Below are positions 1 to 9,683 of a DNA stretch of 64,000 nt, one piece after another. Within the stretch, counting starts at the first letter, position 1, and each line of letters begins with the position of its first letter. Made by a program: the position numbers and the translations under genes. The notes beneath the pieces were generated by a model. The model was not told where the DNA came from. It did not search any database and worked only from the letters and a program-made list of their open reading frames with translations. Source of the DNA: Minisyncoccota bacterium (GTDB lineage: Bacteria > Patescibacteriota > Minisyncoccia > Phycocordibacterales > UBA9973); assembly GCA_035994985.1 (NCBI GenBank), contig DASYKZ010000013.1, forward strand, positions 1,834 through 65,833, given 5' to 3'.

Positions 1-2
1 CT

Positions 3-485
3 GCGGTATTTAGAAAAAGCCCTAATTGTATTGTCTCTACTACAACAACGACCACAGACACCAACACATGGAGAACGTTTTCTGACACTGCGGAGAAAAT
101 CACATTTAAATATCCAGAATCGCTCGGAACTACCTATATAAACCCAGTCGACTGGCCGCCAAAGCTGGAAACAAAGAACGCCCCACTCACGTGTGTGGAG
201 GCAGGGCAGGAAACAGCCAGAGCAGGGCAGACTTCCAAACAAACCATAAACGGCAAGGCATATTGCATAACCAAAATTTCTGAAGGTGCAGCTGGCAGCA
301 CCTATACACAGTACGCTTACGCGACCCAGATACAAAACAAAACATTCTTCCTTACTTTTTCCCTGCGTTCCGTTCAATGTGCCAATTATGATAATCCGCA
401 AAAAACTGCCTGTGAAAAAGAGCGCGCTACATTCAGTATTGATTCTATAATAGATAAAATAGCCGGGACTATTGTGCAAGCGTAG
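3..485 (+). CDS. 5'-truncated secreted/surface protein (PsbP-like fold possible)
   Basis: Frame is open from base 3 (AVFRKSPNC...TWRTFSD..ITFKYP) to TAG at 485, so the listed 195 start is internal; followed by a terminator. Confidence 0.6.
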   Translation, partial: AVFRKSPNCIVSTTTTTTDTNTWRTFSDTAEKITFKYPESLGTTYINPVDWPPKLETKNAPLTCVEAGQETARAGQTSKQTINGKAYCITKISEGAAGSTYTQYAYATQIQNKTFFLTFSLRSVQCANYDNPQKTACEKERATFSIDSIIDKIAGTIVQA

Positions 486-491
486 AAATTT

Positions 492-530
492 AAAATAAAA
501 ACCACTCTTAATAAGAGTGGTTTTTATTTT
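492..530. terminator. Bidirectional intrinsic terminator
   Basis: AAAATAAAAACCACTCT-TAATA-AGAGTGGTTTTTATTTT perfect inverted repeat between convergent genes. Confidence 0.85.
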
Positions 531-562
531 CTGGGTCGCGTCTATTTAATTTTCATGATTCA

Positions 563-1705
563 TTATTGGTTAGTTGTGTCAGATGGACCTACGACAATAA
601 TCTTCGTAGAAGAAGAAACTTTTAGACCCTTACTATTTTCTGCTGTGACAGTGGCAATATAGGTTCCAGCTTCATTGTAAATATGGCTAAAAGTTGATGT
701 CTGAACAAAGACAGGTTTTGTTTTTGCTATAAGCGCCATTCCGGTGATATTGTCTCCCCAATCCATAGAGTAAGAGAGAGAATCATTATTCGGGTCGTAA
801 GCATTTACAGTTACGGTTGCCTCTCTTCCGACGGTTACCTTGCTATCGCCGCTCAAGCTCGTGATTACGGGAGTTGTACTATTGCTAATTGCTGGAGTGG
901 TAAATGATGCCTCTTCTGAGATTGTTGCTCCACCTGTACTAGCAGAGCCTACAGTTACATAGTACTTTGTATCTGGCTTCAGGCCTGTCAAGATTACCTT
1001 ATGGTTTAGAACTTTTACAGGACGGGAAATATTCGGATTACCGGATGTATTTATCGGTGATGTCGTGCCGTACCAAACTGAACTTGAAGCAGCCACATCG
1101 GTCTTCCAGACTAGTGTTGCCTGACGGGATGACTTATCAGATGTTGCAGAGAAATCACTGATTATCGGTGCTGCGGGAGCAGGCTTGCCTGTGATGTGTA
1201 CCGTGGTACTAGAGCTTGTGCTTGCCCCGGTTTCATTTGTGACCGTGAACTTTACAGTATATGTGCCCGGGTTAGCATAGGCATGAGTAAACGTGCTTGT
1301 CTGTACAAAGATAGGTGTAGCTGTCTTTGCCAGCATATTTGAGTCATTTTCTCCCCAATTAACTGCATAACTTAGAGATCCGTTATGTGAATCCGAAGCT
1401 TTTACAGTCCATGTGCCCATTTGTCCGGTTTTAAGGACAGTCGGCGCAGTGATGCCGGAGATACTTAGTGAAGCTGGATATGTTTTCGTGGCGGCTTTTG
1501 CTCGGTTTCCAAACAAACCTCCGAATATTCTACTCCAGATAGAGTTGTTGGTTTTTACCTTTGTGCTGGCTTCTACTTTTGCTTTTCCTTGGTAGCCGTT
1601 ATTTCCATCATTGTTTGCGGAAGTAATGAGAGGAGTGGAAGCCAAAGCTACTATTAATAAGGAAACAGCGAGAGATAATTTTAGTTTTTTGTTGATTTTT
1701 TTCAT
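563..1705 (-). CDS. Secreted PKD-FN3-PKD domain surface protein
   Basis: Signal peptide; two PKD-like repeats (SLSY.vdWG....FVQTSTF.H.Y...GTY) flank an FN3-like domain (LVWKTD..YG...H.V.LTGLKPDTKYY). Confidence 0.8.
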   Translation of the reverse strand: MKKINKKLKLSLAVSLLIVALASTPLITSANNDGNNGYQGKAKVEASTKVKTNNSIWSRIFGGLFGNRAKAATKTYPASLSISGITAPTVLKTGQMGTWTVKASDSHNGSLSYAVNWGENDSNMLAKTATPIFVQTSTFTHAYANPGTYTVKFTVTNETGASTSSSTTVHITGKPAPAAPIISDFSATSDKSSRQATLVWKTDVAASSSVWYGTTSPINTSGNPNISRPVKVLNHKVILTGLKPDTKYYVTVGSASTGGATISEEASFTTPAISNSTTPVITSLSGDSKVTVGREATVTVNAYDPNNDSLSYSMDWGDNITGMALIAKTKPVFVQTSTFSHIYNEAGTYIATVTAENSKGLKVSSSTKIIVVGPSDTTNQ

Positions 1706-1807
1706 AATAATTTTTTATATTAAGTTAATAATGTATAAGTGTTATACTGATAATTTTATGTCTTAGGTATCCTTAAAATACTTAAGTACACGACCCTACA
1801 AGGGGGT

Positions 1808-1835
1808 AGACGTCTCAAGATAAGGCTTACTTACG
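1808..1835 (-). promoter_or_regulatory. ECF-type promoter for the PKD protein
   Basis: Minus strand CGTAAG-N17-CGTCT, matching the motif upstream of the sigma gene. Confidence 0.55.
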
Positions 1836-1878
1836 TAGACATAGCGATTTTTATATTGTATTTTATATAATAGAGACA

Positions 1879-1905
1879 TGTAAGGAATGTCTTTCTTGCA
1901 CGTCT
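1879..1905 (+). promoter_or_regulatory. ECF-type autoregulatory promoter
   Basis: TGTAAG-N16-CGTCT ending 6 nt before the sigma ATG (leaderless). Confidence 0.7.
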
Positions 1906-1911
1906 CGTACT

Positions 1912-2454
1912 ATGCAATCAGATATCAAGCGCAAATTTGAAGAAATATATAGTGAGGAGTCAGACGCTATATTCAGGTTCTGCCTGACCCGGGTTTCAAA
2001 CCGGGAACAGGCATTGGATTTGGCCCAAGAGACTTTTTTGCGCCTGTGGACTAGCCTAATGGAAAAGAAGGATATATTGAATAATAAGGCATTTTTATTC
2101 ACTGTAGCCCGCCGCCTTATTATTGACTGGTATCGCAAGAAGAAGAGTGTTTCGCTAGAAAATATAATGTATAAAGACGGAGAAATGGAATATGAGCCGA
2201 TGGACGAGAAGACAGCGAAAGACTCTAATTTTGGTGCGGAAGGAAGATATCTTGTGGATAAAATCAATGAACTGCCGCCGACAGCGAGAGACCCGATATA
2301 CTTGTCTTTTGTAGAGGGCTTGTCGCCCAAGGAAATAGGTGATATTTTGGGCATATCAGCCAATGCGACATCAGTCCGGATTAATAGGGGTTTGTCGGAA
2401 CTGCGCAAGATTACAGGTTATGATATAAAAGAAAATAAAAATGAAACAGAATAA
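1912..2454 (+). CDS. ECF RNA polymerase sigma factor
   Basis: Region 2 (DLAQETFLRLW...FLFTVARRLIIDWYR) and region 4 HTH (EGLSPKEIGDILGIS..ATSVRINRG). Confidence 0.95.
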   Translation: MQSDIKRKFEEIYSEESDAIFRFCLTRVSNREQALDLAQETFLRLWTSLMEKKDILNNKAFLFTVARRLIIDWYRKKKSVSLENIMYKDGEMEYEPMDEKTAKDSNFGAEGRYLVDKINELPPTARDPIYLSFVEGLSPKEIGDILGISANATSVRINRGLSELRKITGYDIKENKNETE

Positions 2455-3439
2455 ATTACAAAAAGAAATAGAAGCTGGAATAGAAGAGGTCAGGCGGCTT
2501 AAAATGACTTCTCTTGAGAATGCGCGGGTGCTGGAAGGTATTTTAAGCTCTGAACCCCCGAGTGGGAAATCTATACAGAGTCCCTATGGATTTTATTCCT
2601 TCAGATTAATTTTTAATAAAAAGTATTTTATATATTCTGGCTCGGCTATCTGCCTAGTCGTTATTCTTTTTAGTGGAGCTATTTTTGCTTCTGCAGGGAG
2701 CCTGCCGGGAAGCATTTTATATCCCTTGAAGGTAAAAGTGGTAGAGCCTGCTCGGGGCGCTTTTATAACTTCTCCCATAGCCAAAGTAGAATATGAAAAT
2801 GACTTAGCCACCAAGCGATTGGTTGAAGCTGAGATTCTGGCTTATGATGGCAAACTGGATACGTCCACAGAAGAAGAAATAAACTCTCTTTTAGAAAATC
2901 ATACTGCGGCTTTTAATAAAGCTGTCGACACGTTCCGTAAAAGTGAATCCTTTGACCAGAGTGCAGATGACACTGTCGCTCTTAATTTCCAAGCTGCGAT
3001 GAATGCACATGCCCGGGTTCTTGAAGTTATAGGCGAGAACAAAAGTGATAAAAATAATGGAAGTGAAACTAGAGAAATTAAAATTTCAAAAACTGCGCGG
3101 GAGAACGCAAGCAAGATAGGGCTAAATTTAAAAGATAAAGAAGAACAAACATCCGAGAAATATAAAAAGAGAATTGTTGACGTGCAGGCTATTATTGATA
3201 AAACTTCCACAGATATCAATGATAGCAATGCTGATACATCGTCTTCCAAGCAAAGGATAATAGACGGCACCAATAAAACTCTTGACGAGGCCAGAAAATT
3301 GCTCAAAGAGTCAGACGAGGACAATAATAGCGGCGACTCAAAAGGCGCCTATCAAAAACTGCGCGACTCTGAAAGTTCCGTAAAAGAAACAAGCATTTTT
3401 CTTAAAGCCGGGCTGGAACTGAGAGGAAGAGGTATATAA
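2441..3439 (+). CDS. Probable membrane-bound anti-sigma factor (DUF5667-like)
   Basis: Overlaps the sigma stop; single TM followed by SLPGSILYPLK motif and a helical extracellular domain. Confidence 0.75.
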   Translation: MKQNKLQKEIEAGIEEVRRLKMTSLENARVLEGILSSEPPSGKSIQSPYGFYSFRLIFNKKYFIYSGSAICLVVILFSGAIFASAGSLPGSILYPLKVKVVEPARGAFITSPIAKVEYENDLATKRLVEAEILAYDGKLDTSTEEEINSLLENHTAAFNKAVDTFRKSESFDQSADDTVALNFQAAMNAHARVLEVIGENKSDKNNGSETREIKISKTARENASKIGLNLKDKEEQTSEKYKKRIVDVQAIIDKTSTDINDSNADTSSSKQRIIDGTNKTLDEARKLLKESDEDNNSGDSKGAYQKLRDSESSVKETSIFLKAGLELRGRGI

Positions 3440-3472
3440 AATTTATACATATTTTGTGTTATAATATAAATT

Positions 3473-5215
3473 ATGCAAATTTTTTATCATTATTTGAAAA
3501 AATACTGGAAGCTTTGCGCGCTTGTACTTGTTCTTGCGCTGATTAACCAGTTCTTCTCTTTGCTTGAGCCATATATCACCCAACTAATTATCGACAGGTA
3601 CGCCACTCATTTTACTTCGCTTACCAAATCTCAATTTTTAAACGGTGTCGGGCTGCTTATCCTCGCTTTTATTGGCACTGCTCTCATTTCGCGGATCGCG
3701 AAGAACTTTCAGGACTACTATTTAAATACCATCAGCCAGCGTTCTGGCGCAGACATGTATCGGGAGGGCGTAAAACATTCGCTTGCTCTTCCATACGGTA
3801 TTTTTGAAGATGAGCGAAGCGGGGAAACGCTGGGCAAGCTCCAGAAGGCAAGACAAGACACAGAAGCACTCATGGTGGCTATCGTAAATACTGTTTTCAT
3901 CTCTCTTGTCATTTTTATCTTCATCGCTATTTATTCTGCGACGATTTATTGGGCAATTCCGATTGTATTCTTCGCAATGGTGTTTATTATCGGCGGCGTC
4001 AGCCTGCTTATGTCCAAACGAATCAAGAGTATCCAAAACGTAATTGTAGCCGAGACGACAGCGCTCGCTGGCTCAACGACTGAATCGCTTCGCAATATCG
4101 AACTAGTGAAATCTCTCGGTTTGACCGGCCAAGAAGTGGAACGCTTAAATACTACAACAAAAAAAATTCTTAAGCTGGAATTAAAAAAGCTCCGCTATCT
4201 TCGCAGCCTGGACTTCGTACAAGGGACGATTACTAATGCCATACGCGCAGGCATGATTTTCTTTCTTTTATACCTGATTTACAATAGGACTATTACCATC
4301 GGCCAATATTTCTCGCTTAATATTTATTCCTTCTTCTTATTCTTTCCGTTGCAACAAGTTGCGCCTTTTATTTCAATGTACCGCCAGGCTGAGGCTTCGC
4401 TTGCCAATTACAGCAAACTCATGGAAATGCCACCGGAGCCAACGCCAGCTACGCCGAACCCAATTGGCGAAGTGAAAAACCTTGAATTCAAGAATGTTTC
4501 TTTTGGCTATAAATCCACAAATGAAAACGCCCTTTCTAATATTTTTTATAAAATCTCGCGCGGCAACACGATTGCCTTCGTCGGCCCATCCGGTTCTGGC
4601 AAGACATCCTTGGTAAAGTTATTAGTAGGACTGTATGTGCCGACCGAAGGGGAAATATATTTCAACGGTTTTCCATTTGAATCTATTGACAAAGAAGAGC
4701 TCCGCCGGCAAATCGGCTTCGTGACGCAAGACACGCAGCTTTTTGCGGGTACCATACGAGAGAACCTACTTTTCGTAAAGCCGGACGCGACAGACCCCGA
4801 GTGCCTAGATGCCTTGAATAAAGCGCAATGCCAAAACTTACTGGAGAGGGGAGGCAAGGGGCTCGATACTGTTATCGGCGAGGGGGGAGTAAAAGTTTCC
4901 GGCGGGGAAAAGCAGAGGCTCTCCATTGCCCGCGCGCTTCTGCGCCAGCCGTCAATTTTGATATTTGATGAAGCGACGTCGTCCCTCGATTCTTTGACCG
5001 AAGAAGAAATCACCAAAACCATCCGCGACGTGTCTACAGGCCATTCGCGCATTACTATACTCATCGCCCACAGGCTCTCGACGATTATGCACGCAGACAC
5101 TATTTATGTACTTGAAAAAGGCAAAATGACTGAATCAGGTTCGCACGCGGAACTTCTCGGCAAACAAGGGCTGTATTCAGCAATGTGGAGGCAGCAAATA
5201 GGCGAAAGAGCGTAA
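3473..5215 (+). CDS. ABC exporter, fused permease/ATPase (MsbA-like)
   Basis: N-terminal TMD; Walker A GPSGSGKT, signature VSGGEKQR, Walker B ILIFDEATS, H-loop IAHRL. Confidence 0.95.
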   Translation: MQIFYHYLKKYWKLCALVLVLALINQFFSLLEPYITQLIIDRYATHFTSLTKSQFLNGVGLLILAFIGTALISRIAKNFQDYYLNTISQRSGADMYREGVKHSLALPYGIFEDERSGETLGKLQKARQDTEALMVAIVNTVFISLVIFIFIAIYSATIYWAIPIVFFAMVFIIGGVSLLMSKRIKSIQNVIVAETTALAGSTTESLRNIELVKSLGLTGQEVERLNTTTKKILKLELKKLRYLRSLDFVQGTITNAIRAGMIFFLLYLIYNRTITIGQYFSLNIYSFFLFFPLQQVAPFISMYRQAEASLANYSKLMEMPPEPTPATPNPIGEVKNLEFKNVSFGYKSTNENALSNIFYKISRGNTIAFVGPSGSGKTSLVKLLVGLYVPTEGEIYFNGFPFESIDKEELRRQIGFVTQDTQLFAGTIRENLLFVKPDATDPECLDALNKAQCQNLLERGGKGLDTVIGEGGVKVSGGEKQRLSIARALLRQPSILIFDEATSSLDSLTEEEITKTIRDVSTGHSRITILIAHRLSTIMHADTIYVLEKGKMTESGSHAELLGKQGLYSAMWRQQIGERA

Positions 5216-5257
5216 GCAGGCGCAAAATAGCTTAAAAAAATTCTGAAAAAGTGTTAC

Positions 5258-5296
5258 ACCCTGTAATAGAGTTTTGCAAAAACTTCACTACGGGGT
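5258..5296. mobile_element. Miniature inverted-repeat element inserted in a promoter
   Basis: ACCCTGTAATAGAGTTTT...AAAACTTCACTACGGGGT, flanked by an AC duplication; empty site reads TGTTACAAT. Confidence 0.55.
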
Positions 5297-5308
5297 ACAA
5301 TAGAGTCA

Positions 5309-6508
5309 ATGTTAAAGGAGGGACAACTAAGGGTGACATACGGGGGCTGGTACCAGCGGACGACGCTTCATTTGAGTGAAGTGCATTTTTTGTTTATGGG
5401 CGGCGAGTCAAAATTAAATTTATCAAAGGAAAAACTGAAAAAACTTCACAAAAGCCTTCATCTTGTAAAAGTTTCCAGAGAGCCGGGATATTTTGAATAC
5501 GTAAGGGCGGTTACTGAGTCCGGCATTGAAATCCGCTACTATGAAGACGGCCTGTATACGCTCGAGATTATTACTGATAATGCGGAAGACATAGACAAGA
5601 CACATCAAACCCTGGAAGATTATTTCCAAACCAGGTTACAGCCTGCTTTATCTTATATTTTCTCCCGCGGTGCGCCGACGCCAAAACAGCTTGCTAACAT
5701 CAAGACGGTTCATCCGGTAGTGGTAAGTTTTCGAGAGAAAGAAAATAGCAAAGAGGGTAATACTTTTAAGGTTGATGAATCAATTTTTGGAGAAGTGTAT
5801 TCTAAAATCACCAGCAACAATCTTACTGTATACAAAACCCCGAAGTATATTTTTATATCTGCTTCCACTGGCTCTACTAAATCCTTAGTAGATTTAATCG
5901 GTATGCAAATTTTCTTCCGTGAATTCAAAGACCAACTGGAAAAATATTTACATATCCACCGTACCATCTGGGAAGAAATCTCTACTATCAAAGAAGCGAA
6001 AGTGATTAAGGGCAAAGACGTGGAGACTCTCCGCGGAAAGCTCGATACGTATCAGAAGACCATCAATCTCATCAGCAACAGAATCAATCAGATGGGTTCA
6101 TATGTGAGTACTCGTTCAAGCATCGCGAAACATTTGGAAATTGAAAAAGATCTCGTGCAGCTTTTCGAATATAAATTTGAGACTCTTACAGATACGCTGA
6201 CCTATATAAAAGAAATATGGAAAATGACCGGAGACTATCTTGCATCGGCTATTGCCAATATGGTGGAAATAAAAAATCAGAGTACAAGCAACAATTTGAA
6301 ATCTCTCCAGACTATTACCAGTATCGGAGTCATTTCCGGAGTGCTTGGCTACTTGTCAGCCAGCAAGCTGCCCTCCATAAGCTTTTCTGGGCTTATATAT
6401 TTTATAATCCTGTTCGGCATGACCTGGCTCATGAATTATGTTATAATCAGAAAATACAAGAACAAGGAATATAGCTTGAAATTTGGCGAACGGGCTAAAA
6501 ATCTCTAA
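5309..6508 (+). CDS. Hypothetical protein: soluble domain, long helices, two C-terminal TMs (CorA-like architecture)
   Basis: 399-aa ORF, coiled-coil region then two hydrophobic segments; no GMN motif. Confidence 0.6.
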   Translation: MLKEGQLRVTYGGWYQRTTLHLSEVHFLFMGGESKLNLSKEKLKKLHKSLHLVKVSREPGYFEYVRAVTESGIEIRYYEDGLYTLEIITDNAEDIDKTHQTLEDYFQTRLQPALSYIFSRGAPTPKQLANIKTVHPVVVSFREKENSKEGNTFKVDESIFGEVYSKITSNNLTVYKTPKYIFISASTGSTKSLVDLIGMQIFFREFKDQLEKYLHIHRTIWEEISTIKEAKVIKGKDVETLRGKLDTYQKTINLISNRINQMGSYVSTRSSIAKHLEIEKDLVQLFEYKFETLTDTLTYIKEIWKMTGDYLASAIANMVEIKNQSTSNNLKSLQTITSIGVISGVLGYLSASKLPSISFSGLIYFIILFGMTWLMNYVIIRKYKNKEYSLKFGERAKNL

Positions 6509-6527
6509 ATAAATCAGAAGTACCAGA

Positions 6528-7697
6528 GTGAAACAAAAGACAATACATGCGCTAAAAAATATATTTGTAATTAGCCATTTTGGCTTTTTTTCTGTATTCT
6601 TCGTTTTACTGGTAATTGTATTTTTTACTTTTCCGGAAATTTTCACGGGGGCTGTATCCACGACCAATCAAGGAGCCATGAATAAGGGAGACCAAAAGAA
6701 GGAGGAAAGGGTTAAAATAGCCGATATACAGCCCCTAGATAAAGCCGCCTATGATAAAAAAATGCTGGAACTGGCCAACAATCCGGTTCCTAAAGGTCCA
6801 ACCACAAAAATTGTTAAAGACAAAAAGACCGGAGTAGAAACTGTCGTGACTCTGCCTGCTCCTGTTGCAGCCCCGGTTATCTGGCCGGCAAAAACTGTGT
6901 ACCCGAACGACGGGGCTCTCTTGCCGTTCAACCGCATAATTGCTTACTACGGAAACTTGTATTCCACAAAAATGGGAGTGCTGGGTCAATACCCTGAGGC
7001 TGAAATGCTGCAAAGGCTGGATAAAGAAGTAAAAAAATGGGAACTCGCAGACCCAAGCACTCCCGTCATCCCCGCGCTTCACTACATCGCCGTGGTCGCG
7101 CAGGGGAGCGAAGGGAAAGACGGAAAGTACAGAGCGCGCATGCCGGGCACGGAAATAGACAAAGTTCTTGCCATGGCGGCAAAAATAAATGCAATTGTTT
7201 TTCTGGATATTCAAGTCGGCTTTTCAAACGTGCAGAGTGAAGTTCCCCTGCTGGAAAAATATTTAAAGCTTCCAAACGTGCACTTAGGCCTTGACCCGGA
7301 ATTTTCCATGAAGAGCGGCATCAGGCCGGGGAAGATTGTCGGCACCATGGATGCCAGTGATGTAAACTTTGCCGCAAATTTTTTGGCGAAAGTTGTGAAG
7401 GAAAACAATCTTCCTCCTAAAATTCTTATCGTTCACCGCTATACCGGAAAGATGGTGACAAATTATAAAGAAATCAAGCCATTGCCGGAAGTGCAGATTG
7501 TAATAAATATGGATGGCTGGGGCGGGGGAGCGAAAAAAATCGGCACGTACAAGAACTTTATATATCCCCAGCCGGTTCAATTTACAGGTTTTAAATTGTT
7601 TTACAAAAACGATATTTTAACCCCAGGAACTGCAATGCTGACCCCGAAAGAAGTTTTAGGCTTAAACCCAAGGCCTATTTATATACAGTATCAGTAA
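6528..7697 (+). CDS. Membrane-anchored extracellular protein, putative GH-like TIM barrel
   Basis: N-terminal TM; motifs FLDIQVG, HLGLDPEF, LIVHRY, NMDGWG, GFKLFY. Confidence 0.6.
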   Translation: MKQKTIHALKNIFVISHFGFFSVFFVLLVIVFFTFPEIFTGAVSTTNQGAMNKGDQKKEERVKIADIQPLDKAAYDKKMLELANNPVPKGPTTKIVKDKKTGVETVVTLPAPVAAPVIWPAKTVYPNDGALLPFNRIIAYYGNLYSTKMGVLGQYPEAEMLQRLDKEVKKWELADPSTPVIPALHYIAVVAQGSEGKDGKYRARMPGTEIDKVLAMAAKINAIVFLDIQVGFSNVQSEVPLLEKYLKLPNVHLGLDPEFSMKSGIRPGKIVGTMDASDVNFAANFLAKVVKENNLPPKILIVHRYTGKMVTNYKEIKPLPEVQIVINMDGWGGGAKKIGTYKNFIYPQPVQFTGFKLFYKNDILTPGTAMLTPKEVLGLNPRPIYIQYQ

Positions 7698-7775
7698 TAT
7701 CCACAGTACTCTATGCTTGTTTTATGGTATAATAAGCAGGTTAGTTAGGAATTATTAGTCTAATATAAAAATAAT

Positions 7776-8258
7776 ATGAATAAAACAGTTATAAGCATCA
7801 TTGTTTTAGTTTTAGTAATCGGAGGATTGTTTTTTGTTTTAAAAAGCAAGAAATCAGAAGCGCCTGTAGTAGATGAAAATCAAGTTGGTACCACTACCGA
7901 TGCCGAGGGGAACATTATTCCTATAAGTACAGTCACTACAACGACCACTACGGAGCAAACCACTACCATAGATGAGGGAGTGAAAGAATTCACAGTGACA
8001 GGCAAGAATTTTTCTTTTAGCCCGTCCACTATCACGGTAAACAAGGGAGATAAAGTAAAAATAACGTTTAAGAACACAGAAGGGATGCATAATTTCATCA
8101 TTGATGAGTTTGGCGCTGCTACCAAGACATCTCAGTCTCCGGATACAGAAGTCATAGAATTTACCGCAACCAAGACAGGGAGCTTTGAATACTACTGCTC
8201 TGTCGGTAATCACCGGGCGATGGGCATGAAGGGAAGTCTCGTAGTTAAATCCCAGTAG
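7776..8258 (+). CDS. Membrane-anchored cupredoxin (plastocyanin/azurin-like)
   Basis: Type-1 Cu ligands MHNF...YYCSVGNHRAMGM. Confidence 0.9.
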   Translation: MNKTVISIIVLVLVIGGLFFVLKSKKSEAPVVDENQVGTTTDAEGNIIPISTVTTTTTTEQTTTIDEGVKEFTVTGKNFSFSPSTITVNKGDKVKITFKNTEGMHNFIIDEFGAATKTSQSPDTEVIEFTATKTGSFEYYCSVGNHRAMGMKGSLVVKSQ

Positions 8259-8281
8259 TAGAGCAGAGCTCACTACGGGAC
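8249..8281. mobile_element. Miniature palindromic element at the cupredoxin stop
   Basis: ATCCCAGTAGTAGAGCAGAGCTCACTACGGGAC flanked by AA/AA; removal restores GTA GTT AAG TAA. Confidence 0.6.
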
Positions 8282-8298
8282 AAGTAAGCAAAAACAAA

Positions 8299-8670
8299 AT
8301 GAAAGAAAAAAGAAGTTTTTCTATTCGGGCCCGCATCCAAAGCTCCACTCATGCGTGGCGGGGGCTTGGTGTTTTGCTTAAAACCAGCCACAATATGTGG
8401 GCGGGGATAGTTACTGCGTTGCTTGCCGTATACTTAGGCTTCATTTTAAATATCTCCGCCACAGAGTGGCTGTTCTTGATATTCTCTATTTTCCTGGTGT
8501 TTGTGACCGAAGCCCTGAACTCAGCCATAGAAATAGATATAGACCTCACCTCGCCGGAAACTCATCCCTATGCGCGCGACACCAAGGACGTAGCCGCAGC
8601 GGCAGTATTATTGACCACTCTGCTCTCACTTATAGTGGCGTTCATAATTTTCTTGCCAAAGATTCTGTAA
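8299..8670 (+). CDS. dgkA: Diacylglycerol/undecaprenol kinase
   Basis: EALNSAIE...KDVAAAAV motifs, 3 TMs. Confidence 0.85.
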   Translation: MKEKRSFSIRARIQSSTHAWRGLGVLLKTSHNMWAGIVTALLAVYLGFILNISATEWLFLIFSIFLVFVTEALNSAIEIDIDLTSPETHPYARDTKDVAAAAVLLTTLLSLIVAFIIFLPKIL

Positions 8671-8687
8671 ATTGATAAAATTAAGCT

Positions 8688-9131
8688 ATGAATAACAATG
8701 CAAAAATCTTTTTGGGAGTAATAGGTATTTTAATTTTAGGCACGATTGCGACTGTAATTTTGCGCGGCGGTGCAACCGCGCCGGCAGGGCCGGGGAAATA
8801 CGATGAATTCGCGACTTGCCTAAAAGACAAAGGCGCGGTATTTTACGGGGCTTTCTGGTGTCCGCATTGCCAGGCTGAAAAGAAGCTCTTTGGCTCTTCA
8901 GTAAAGCTTTTGCCGTACGTAGAGTGTTCTACAGCTGATGCAAGCGGACAGACGCAAATCTGCATAGATAAAGGCGTAAAGAGCTATCCTACATGGGAAT
9001 TTGCCGATATGTCCCGTCTTACCGGAGAAATTCCATTGCAACAACTGGCAGATAAAACTTCCTGCGTCCTTCCGGGCGGCGAAGCAGCTCCCGCACCCGT
9101 AGAATCAGGAGCAAGCACTACCGTACAATAA
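8688..9131 (+). CDS. Membrane-anchored thioredoxin-like oxidase (DsbA/VKOR-partner type)
   Basis: YGAFWCPHC...YVEC...C...YPTW. Confidence 0.85.
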   Translation: MNNNAKIFLGVIGILILGTIATVILRGGATAPAGPGKYDEFATCLKDKGAVFYGAFWCPHCQAEKKLFGSSVKLLPYVECSTADASGQTQICIDKGVKSYPTWEFADMSRLTGEIPLQQLADKTSCVLPGGEAAPAPVESGASTTVQ

Positions 9132-9139
9132 ATAAAATT

Positions 9140-9682
9140 ATGAGTTTTGAAAATGTCCACTATGTAAATATGTTTCTTGGGCTTGGCGCTATTCTGCTCC
9201 AGATACTTTCCGTACTTGTCCTCTTAATGCTGGTGTTTTGGCGGAAAGGAAATCCAATTCTCCGATTCATAAAAAATAATTTTCTCCCAATCGGTTTTCT
9301 GATTACCTTTGGAGCTGTGCTCACTTCTTTCTTTTACTCTGATATTATGGGCTACGTGCCGTGCATTTATTGCTGGTGGGACAGGGTGCTTATTTTCCCG
9401 CAAGCTGCCATCTTCGGTATTGCGTGGCTGAGGAAGGATAGAAATGCTTTTTGGTACTCTCTTGTGTTGACAGTCTTTGGCCTATACAAATCTCTGCAGC
9501 ACCTCCGTCTATATTATTACGGCGAAGGAGGCGCTCCTTGCGACGCTTCCGGTGTTTCCTGCGTGCAGAGGCTGGTAAGTGAGTTTGGCGGATATATTTC
9601 CATCCCCATGCTTGCCTTTACGGGATTTTTCGCCCTCGCAACTCTTTTATTAGTGGTTCATTTTTACAAAAAAGAAAATTAA
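9140..9682 (+). CDS. dsbB: Disulfide bond formation protein DsbB/BdbC family
   Basis: PCIYCWWDR, second Cys pair PCDASGVSC, ISIP motif, multiple TMs. Confidence 0.85.
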   Translation: MSFENVHYVNMFLGLGAILLQILSVLVLLMLVFWRKGNPILRFIKNNFLPIGFLITFGAVLTSFFYSDIMGYVPCIYCWWDRVLIFPQAAIFGIAWLRKDRNAFWYSLVLTVFGLYKSLQHLRLYYYGEGGAPCDASGVSCVQRLVSEFGGYISIPMLAFTGFFALATLLLVVHFYKKEN

Positions 9683-9683
9683 T

